A stretch of DNA of 50,773 nt, filler included, from Catajapyx aquilonaris (taxonomy: Eukaryota): the NCBI GenBank assembly GCA_000934665.2. It is 3 parts of 3 records of this genome, joined end to end, with 100 filler letters (N's around TTAATTAATTAA, not from the genome) between each part and the next. Parts side by side here need not be neighbours in the genome. Positions count along the whole stretch, not along the records: positions 36,456 to 50,773 come from JYFJ02007863.1; 2 more parts are not named here. The stretch is one strand, 5' to 3'. The notes beneath the pieces were generated by a model. It did not search any database, had not been told where the DNA came from, and saw only the letters and a program-made list of their open reading frames with translations. The stretch's first letter is position 1, and each line of letters opens with the position of its first letter. This document shows, one piece after another, positions 42,669-50,773 of this stretch. Position numbers and translations under genes: made by a program.

Positions 42669-45600
42669 ACGGCATGTCGTATCGGCGATAGACGATGCCG
42701 TCTCTGCACGCCCCATCCTTGTTGCTCCAACGACTTCATCCACCACCTAACCTCACGTGAGGATGTATCTCTGGCCAGAATTAATTTAGGTCTTGGAAAG
42801 AAGCGTCCTAACCGTCCATGCATGGGCCTACAACCCCATCTTGCGGCCTGGGCCCCCACGCCTGACAACGTACAATTTGTAAGCTGATAAATGACAACTT
42901 CACCTTGAATGCATGTGCAAGGCTTCGGGCTGGGATTCCGGGCCTTGCTTGGGCTCTTCTTAAGGTCTAGATTGGCTTCTTCAAGCCATCCCCGCCTTCA
43001 TTAACTTGATTGGCACATTCAATTAATTCTATGAGCAGACGCGAGACCTCCCGAGAACGATACGGACAGAACGGGGGGGTCGGCCTAGGATTTTTTTTTT
43101 TTTGACAAAAAGGTTCTAGCCCTATGCCATGCATATGTACGGCGAGGGGCTGTGGGAAAAAGGTACGACGTGGGAAGCCTCGATGGTCCGCTTCATCACT
43201 TGGGGCTACTGGAAATTACCCCTCAAAAAGTCTTTTTCCGGGAAGGTTTGAGGGTTGTTCTGAGGACTTCCGGAATGATTTTGGGCGGGACGAGTCACTT
43301 TTGGTTGGGCCAAGGTGAGCGGATATAACTGATTGAAAAATCATCAGTGTTCCTGAAATTCTGGATAAAATTTTAGAATTGCTAGCCTCAACCGAGAGGA
43401 CCATTACAACAAACCTTTCCGAACTAATTGCTTACAACGAATTCTCTCAGCACTAATTATCGAAGGATACACCGCGAGCTAATTGTCGTAAATTCTTTTG
43501 CGCAGAAGGGCTGCCATTCAACAATACTTATGACTCCATAAACCTGGAGATACCGCCCCCAAACTGCCGAAAATTTAGGAGAACAGAAAACGGTAAATTG
43601 CCCGGAACTGATTTTTCTAACAAACCTTTCATACTGTATGCTACAGGTTGACTCCGGCTGGGCTACACTATAATAAATCAACGCCAAAAGTTCCCAACAA
43701 CAAAGATGAGTCTCGAAGATTTTCGTCTCCACCTTATATTTTTCTCAGCACCCAGAATTACCCCAAATATCTTGCGGGCAAAACATATGCAAATGAAAGC
43801 AATTGAAACGATTCGATTGAGCGATTGTGGGATAATAAAGGGCCGGGGTCTTCCAGATTGTAATTCCAGGAGCGATTGTTCAATGTTTTTACATCATAAG
43901 AAGGTTGACCGCTCACGAAGAATATTGAAAAACCTGCACAGTAGCCAGAAGAAGATACGGCACCACCAGTGAGGGGGTCTGGTTCTTCAGAAGAGCCGAA
44001 ACCCCTTTTGGAACCAGGCAATTGAAGGGTGGCCACGAGTCCCGCTGAGCTTCCGATGAACATTTGCTGTTCTGAAATTTTTTTTAATTATTGAAACGAC
44101 CCCCTCTGGCGGTGGCGTGGGGAGTTACATCCGCCATTTTGAACCTCTTATGTGCTTCTATGTAACCAGCTTTTTTTTCTATAAAGCACGTCTTTGGAGG
44201 GCATTTCACGATTCTTTATGACAGGCCCAGAGTTTGTGGTGCTCCTCCCCTGACCACGGATACAAGAGGCTGAACCCGAGGCCTGATAGCCGCGAAAAGT
44301 GGAAGGACAAGCCACCAACATGGAGAAGATTAATGGATATGAGATAATTATTTGCGGCGGGCATTAGGGGCGTCTCCTAACGTAGGAAAATCTTTGGGCT
44401 GACTGATAGTGTCAGGGTCACTGGGAAATTGGATATCAAAATTTGGGGTGGGAAAGAGGGTCACTTCGTTTGGGTACACCTATCACGCTGGGTCGGTTAA
44501 TGCTAGGATTAATTGTTAAGCACCTGAAGCCACAACCTCACCTTTTGATGGCTTGTAATTAATTAATGAGGCTGCACAATGCAGGACTGTTGACCTGTTA
44601 GTAACAAGGGGACGCGTCCGATAGATGGCGGTGTGGCATGTAGATGGAAGCCATATTTGTAAGATTTGATCTTGGAGGCACGGTCTGATTTGAAAGGACC
44701 TCCCGGATAGAAAGCGTCGGATCATACCCAGTAGTCCAGGTCATCCTTCAGAAGTGCTGTTTCAGCACGATTCAATTCGGATAGCGGGACTCGTGTGTCG
44801 CTGATTGTGGGAGCGATGACCAGCAGGTATCCCTTTGCAGGCCAGCCAGAGAGCATTAGGATGCCTAAGCCTCTTACTGCATGACCAAGTATGTTTCGGT
44901 GGGACTTGTTACGTCCCTTTAATACTTGCGTTGTCTGTCAGCAGGCATAAGCGGCTATAAATCAAATCAAATCAAGGTGTAGCTAGAGTCTGACAAGAAT
45001 GCCAGATATGATCTCACATTTCGCCTATAATGAAGTGTGGTACCAAACACTTTCTCAAAACCCTCTAATCCGTTCCAAACCGGAGGTGCTGATTTACCAA
45101 GCAGTCACCCCCATAAAGCCTTACCTCCCTTATAATTATCGAGTTGGAGCTTTCTGGAAAAATATTCCGTCACATTATGCAACGTTGGAGGGCACTTTGA
45201 ACTGACCCATCTCCCCGCCCAGGCCTAGTGGCCGCGCCAGGGGAAACCCAAAAGACCCTTGGGCCACTTCTCTTCAAAGGCCTCCGACTTGGAGAAACCC
45301 CGCTGCGAAATTCATAGGAAAATTGGGGGAAAAACGAGGATCTGGCCACTCTCATTACTCCTTCCCTTGCCACGCCCACCCCTACAACTCTCCAGGGTAG
45401 CCTAAGTACATGACCAAACAGACTTAACAATGTGAATGCAACCAGATAGAATGTGCCTAAATGGCTCTTTCACCACGCGACTTTACTGAAACACCATTTA
45501 GTAAAGTGAAAAATTTCTTCACTTATTATTCAATTGGAAGGGTTATGTTTTTAACTTGTAGTGTACCGTATGTAGATGAATAAGTTATGAGATAAGTCAG

Positions 45601-47247
45601 TTGTCATGTGGATAATTTTTTGGTGTTGGTAAGGTAAAGTTTGTTTGTTTGTCCATGGCAACGGGTTGGTGATAATCATGGAAACAGGCCGTGCGAAGAA
45701 CGGGCTCCACTGCTAGTATATTTTCTATGAGAATAAAACAGCTTGACGAAAATATACATTTGAAGAAAATTTTCAATGAAATTCATTTTCGAATTTAAAA
45801 TATGCCTTTTGCACTCAATATTTACACATATTATATGGAAGTTTGAAAATTTTGGAAATTTTCAAACGTGATCATCTATGCGCAACAAAATTTATAAGAA
45901 GAAATATTCCACATTTTCACTGGAATTTACGTGGGAAATTAGCCTATTCTCAAAATTCTACAAAATTGACAAATGACGTCATCCATCCAAAATGGCCGCC
46001 TCGTTGCACAACTCACACGCTAATTGTATATCTCCCATCAGACACGTACAAACCCGCACTTAAAACAAGACCTTGACGAAACGGATCGATTAGCGTACTT
46101 GTAACGTTATTAATAGTATAATTCCGCTATAATGCAGTCAATTAGAAAGTTAAGCGATCGCAAGCGCAATTTAGTCAACTAGTGTGAAAAAAGTCATGCA
46201 GAAATTTATGAGGCGAGTCCAAACTCCTATCTTTCCCATCTACCTTTTTTTTTATATGTTATCTTTCTTCCACGGCAGACTGCTTCATTGGTCTACCTTT
46301 TTCTTCTTCGCCTCCTCAGGTCACGTCGCAGCCACAGAAACAAAAGCGCTCATTACCCGATCCGCACTGCGATTACCATTTCCATGCCCTGGAATGGCCG
46401 CCGCCCAATTTGTTTAGCTAATAAACTCGCGTGACTTTATGGGACATCACAGCCATGCCTATTAGTACTTGGAGCTTACTGAATTCTTTAGGGGTCGAAT
46501 GGCCTGAGTTGCCTTTACGTTTCACCTAACCTCGCTCCTCAAAAAATGTGTAACACTTGACAAACTAATGATACACCGACACCTCCGCCCTCAAGTGTAA
46601 GGAAGCGAATCATGTGTAATTAGTAGCGGCCATTGCGGCTCTTCTCAACTGTCTGCGAGTTTGCAGGGAGGAAAACTTGTGTGAGCGGAATGTCATAATT
46701 AATTTTATTATTTCTAATTGCCCCTCTGTAATTACCGTCGGGAGGCGTTGCGAGCGCATCCCTGGGGCATTACCGGCACGAACCTGAGCTTTCACAATAT
46801 AGCCATAAAAATGACTAGCCTAGGGATAGTGAGGGGGGGGGGGGNNNGGGGGGTCAATGGCTGGTAGGTGTGGGTATCGGAATGTGGCCTCGATTCGGAC
46901 CCGGACCGCAATTAGACATTCATAAAAAATGGGTTTGGGTGGGCCTTTGGTGGTGGAGGATTTCATGAATGACTGACTCGGCCCACGAGTATAGGGCAAG
47001 CTGAGCATGACTGCGGTCTATTATCATTTATTTATATATGCCCACACGGTGTACACCCCCAAGTAGTGTGGGTTTCCAAACAATAGTGTTGAAGTAGGGG
47101 CCCTGATGTAATTTATTTCGTACCTACTCCTGTGCCCATATTAGCAACCACTATGAATTTTTAAGAAGGTTGGAATGACGTCACCAATGTTGTCATTCAA
47201 AACTTTCCAAATTCATATAAACAAAAGCAATTGTACCGTATCCCGCC

Positions 47248-47340
47248 GTACCACCGTTGTACCGCCGTTGTACCGCCGTTGTACCACCGCGGTGGTACAA
47301 CGGCGGTACAACGGCGGTACAACGGCGGTACAACGGCGGT
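47248..47340. repeat. Spacerless palindrome built from an 11-bp unit (GTACCGCCGTT)
   Basis: Centre between 47289 and 47290. Perfect over 47254-47325, with one mismatch out to 47248-47331. Confidence 0.9.
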
Positions 47341-50300
47341 GCACCGCCATCTACCGGTACTCAACCCTACTATCCCCATTTAGTACTGACCTTTGATTTA
47401 CCTCTATAGGAAGTCAAGAATCTTGATAATATTGTGTTGCTTTTTTTTTAAAAAAAAAAATCTTGCACGAAACACGCAAGGTTTGATGGATCAATGGCGT
47501 ACTATCTTTAAGGGTCACCCCTTATTACAGCCGTAGGCCGGTATAATAGTGTCTTTCATTATCTTGTGTGAGTGTGAGTTTCAAGCTAGTTTTTTGTTTG
47601 CGTGTATATGAGTGTAGGCACGTCAGTGTTGGACACGCAGGACGCTTGTTTTCCACCGTGTTACTGATGTCTTCATCCCAGAATTTTTACACGGGAGGTA
47701 CACGATTAGGAAAAATCGCTGGTCAGAAGGCCTGATTTATTAAGGCACATTTACTTTGTCGCAGGGAAACTCGGGCACTAATTATGTTGCGGCCTAGGGG
47801 GCTATTTCAATGGCGGAAGCGGTTTTGATAAGGACATTTTCTAAGGGCGCGACGCAGTCTGGGCATTTATCGGGGTAAAACGAACGGAAAATTAAATTTA
47901 ACACGAACTGACGGAAACTGATGTTTTTTTTAAATAAATCGGCCTTGGAATATTTTTTAAAACGTCATAAAAATTATTTAATTTTATTATTTTAAACACG
48001 AAAATTGTAAGAAAATGTTAATAAATATTGCATTTATTAATTTTTATCAATTTGATTAATGTTACCGTAATGTCATAAAATCCTTACGTAACAAGTATTA
48101 TTGCACCATAGCCAGTAAGGTCGTTTAGTAATGAGCGGCCTCTGAAGAAGCTGGCGAGTCGTGTTCTTAAATATTTTACGGCTGTCATTACGGCCTCTGA
48201 TAGCAGAACTAATGATGCTATGTAAATTATGCAGGTGCATAATCCCATTTGCCTATTGATATGCCTTTAGCCTCAACACACCGTGGCACGAAACACAAGC
48301 CACTTTTGCCTCAACAAAATTGCCCTTCTACATCCAGCCGAACAGGTTACATCGGGAACACCCTGTGGTTTTTATATTTCAAGATTACGGCTGGTCTGCT
48401 AGGTTCTGTTGAGCCTCACCTCCAGCGTGAGGGCCATCCCCTCATTAAGCCTTCATTAACTCACTCCGGACTTGCCGCCGTCTTCCCTGTTCACTTACCC
48501 CAGGAAATACTTGGCCTATCAATAAACCTCTAATTAAGGCTCACTAATCACCAGGTATAAGTGGGGAGGAGCCACAGACGTCCTGGTTTTAATAGCAAAA
48601 CTCAATAATTTAGCTGGAATGCCTATGTGAATAAATTTATTCACTCCCCAGGTAGCACACTTCGTCGGCCCGATATCGGCGAATGACACCGGGCCAATGT
48701 TGGGGAGCGATGTCGGGCCAATGTTTGTCACATCGGGCGATGATGATTTGGTTGTAGCAACCAAGTCTATGTAGTGTTGGAGGTATCAAAAGTGACGTTT
48801 TGCAAAGTGCTAGCCCTTTCTAGCCAAAATGGATAGAGTGCATGCATGCGTGTGTGGAGCTTATCAGTCCTAGGTCCTGTGATCAAAATGCAAAGGGGGG
48901 GTCACATAACTGATGTGAATGCGTGACGCTTATTACACCGAGCCTAGCATTACTCCCGGGGGCCGCCCCTGATATCAAAAACCCAAAGGCGGTATAACGA
49001 ACTTCCTACCCCCAAAGTTAACATTTTCATAGGAGATAATTTGATTAATGAAAAGTCCACAGTGCAACCTATTATTGTACCGTGGCTAAAGTGTGTTATG
49101 AGTGCAAAAGGGGAAGTGCTGGTAAATTGTAGCCGAGGGAAGAGAACTGGTAATGAGGCGATCTATCATTCTCACACTCTTTTTCTTTTAGACTTGGTTG
49201 TTCCCCTTTCTTGATTCCTTCCTTGGACTTGGGAATTGCAAGGCCCACTTTTTTTCCCTTCTTCAAACTAATGGCTGGATGTCAGTGACACGAACCTGGT
49301 CGGAAGCGATCCTAAACACACTGGAGCTTGTTTCTTAATCCCATGGCGTGGATGTTACAACACCTATCCATAAAGAGAACCCATTAGGAACAAAATGTGC
49401 TAATGAGCGGTGCACCTACGAATTTCTCAGTACTAGATGGCGCGCACTGACCCAATGAACACAAACATTTTGTAGCGCTGTATTTGAATCGCTATACTAT
49501 TAAGGTACGGTAATATAAAACTACCTTCATATTAATTTATAACCTAATTATACCATCGATCTCAACGTCATCATCCAATATTGCCCCCCTCCCCCCCCCA
49601 AAAAAAAACTACCCTCCAGGACTTAATACATTTCGACTAGTTTATAAGGCAATTTGGTTAAAAATGTGGTGGGTGTAGCAGGCAATTCCTTGCTCTTTCC
49701 TGGCTGGTCTTCACCTTTTTTTTCTACNTCCCTCCCTCACCTGGGTCTTATCCGCCCTTGGTTGAGGGGGCGGCCCCGGCTTTATATCCTCCGGCGCCAT
49801 AAAGGGCGTGCGTGACGATCAACTGCCACGAAAATAAATTACGAAATTCAAATAGTCTTTTGCCGCTAATTACCAAAGACATTACACAGAGGCACGAACT
49901 GTGCCCAGTCAGGGCTCGTCTCCAAACCAGGTTTTTCAGAGCCCAGAGGCTTGCAAAGCAAACAGCGTTTCAATTAAGGACTGGAAAAGATTTTTTTTTT
50001 GCTTGAAAAATGTGCTCCAAAATTGGATTTTGAAATAAAAAATAGTTTGCCAGGAAGGTGATTTTTGAGCAGATTTCTGGGGGAAAAAAAGGTTAATTAC
50101 AGGTAGGTGGTGCGTGATACCTTACACGGTTTTACCCCTGGCGTGTGGGCAGAGGCAATTTAAAATGTGAATTGCAAATGTGTGAAAAAAAATTGCGGAA
50201 GAAATGGTGCAACATATGGTCCCCAGTATGCTGATAGACATCTGAGTAATATGGCCTACACATATCACGCAAATAAACATGTTACTTCCAGCTGCAAATT

Positions 50301-50773
50301 GTTAATTAGTAGTTCACATGCTTGTAAATCACAATTTTTCTGCCAGGGGGTATATAGTGCATCCAAAAAAATTGGTAGTAGCAAAAATTACCAATTTTAA
50401 ATAAGAAAATCACTTGCTATTGAGCAGAGTTAATATCACCATGTAAGATTTGCAATTAATCACCCTAGTGAAAGTAATCAAACTTGAAAAATATTAGTCT
50501 CCAAACATTAAAAAACAGTGCATGCTTCTAACTAATACGAAGAAGGATTTCTCCTTTCCAGCTGTCGCACCGGAAGTGTTGCTCCATCAATATACCCAGC
50601 TCTGATAGTATCCGGAAATGGTTACAAAATTACGTCACGAATGAATATTATTTGCATGCCTCGACCCACTGCAACTTCGCATGACTCTCGTCACTGGGAA
50701 GATTGATGGGACCCGAAATGAAGCCTAATTATTTTACGGTATGCTTGTAAAATTTAACTGTTTCATTGTTGCC

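Noticed and set aside
42290..42868. Repetitive ORFs (192, 113, 110 and 87 aa) and CRISPR-like periodicity
   Set aside because: These are produced by a 20-bp tandem minisatellite with no unique spacers and no cas genes, in a eukaryotic context.
1302..49410. Recurrent 10-mer TAATGAGCGG at 1302, 6094, 48129 and 49401
   Set aside because: A few 10-mers are expected to recur this often by chance in 50 kb, the flanks do not align, and the copies lie on different contigs.

Overview
Eukaryotic, intron-rich animal DNA, most likely arthropod (inferred from the Kul-type ADAM10 and the repeat families). It is not one natural contiguous sequence: two artificial 100-nt spacers (N44-TTAATTAATTAA-N44 at 22094-22193 and 36356-36455) split it into three pieces whose linkage is unproven. 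Piece 1 carries 13 phase-consistent exons of an ADAM10/Kuzbanian-like (Kul) metalloprotease (+ strand, 5' end outside the window, very long basic cytoplasmic tail). After it lies a rearranged block with a truncated FLASH/CASP8AP2-like gene (+), an intron-retaining LANCL3 pseudogene (-), and a local duplication of the Kul 3' end that stops exactly at a hAT-type MITE terminus and later gained a piggyBac MITE and a SINE. Piece 2 carries 8 internal exons of RALGAPB (-) with MITE/SINE-rich introns, including a 799-bp piggyBac-type foldback element with 353-bp arms next to a splice donor. Piece 3 has no coding sequence I can recognise, only simple repeats, a minisatellite and a spacerless palindrome. 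I see no clear new multi-gene system. The best leads are the truncated FLASH, the duplication block and the intronic foldback. All homology calls come from recalled family motifs, not database searches.
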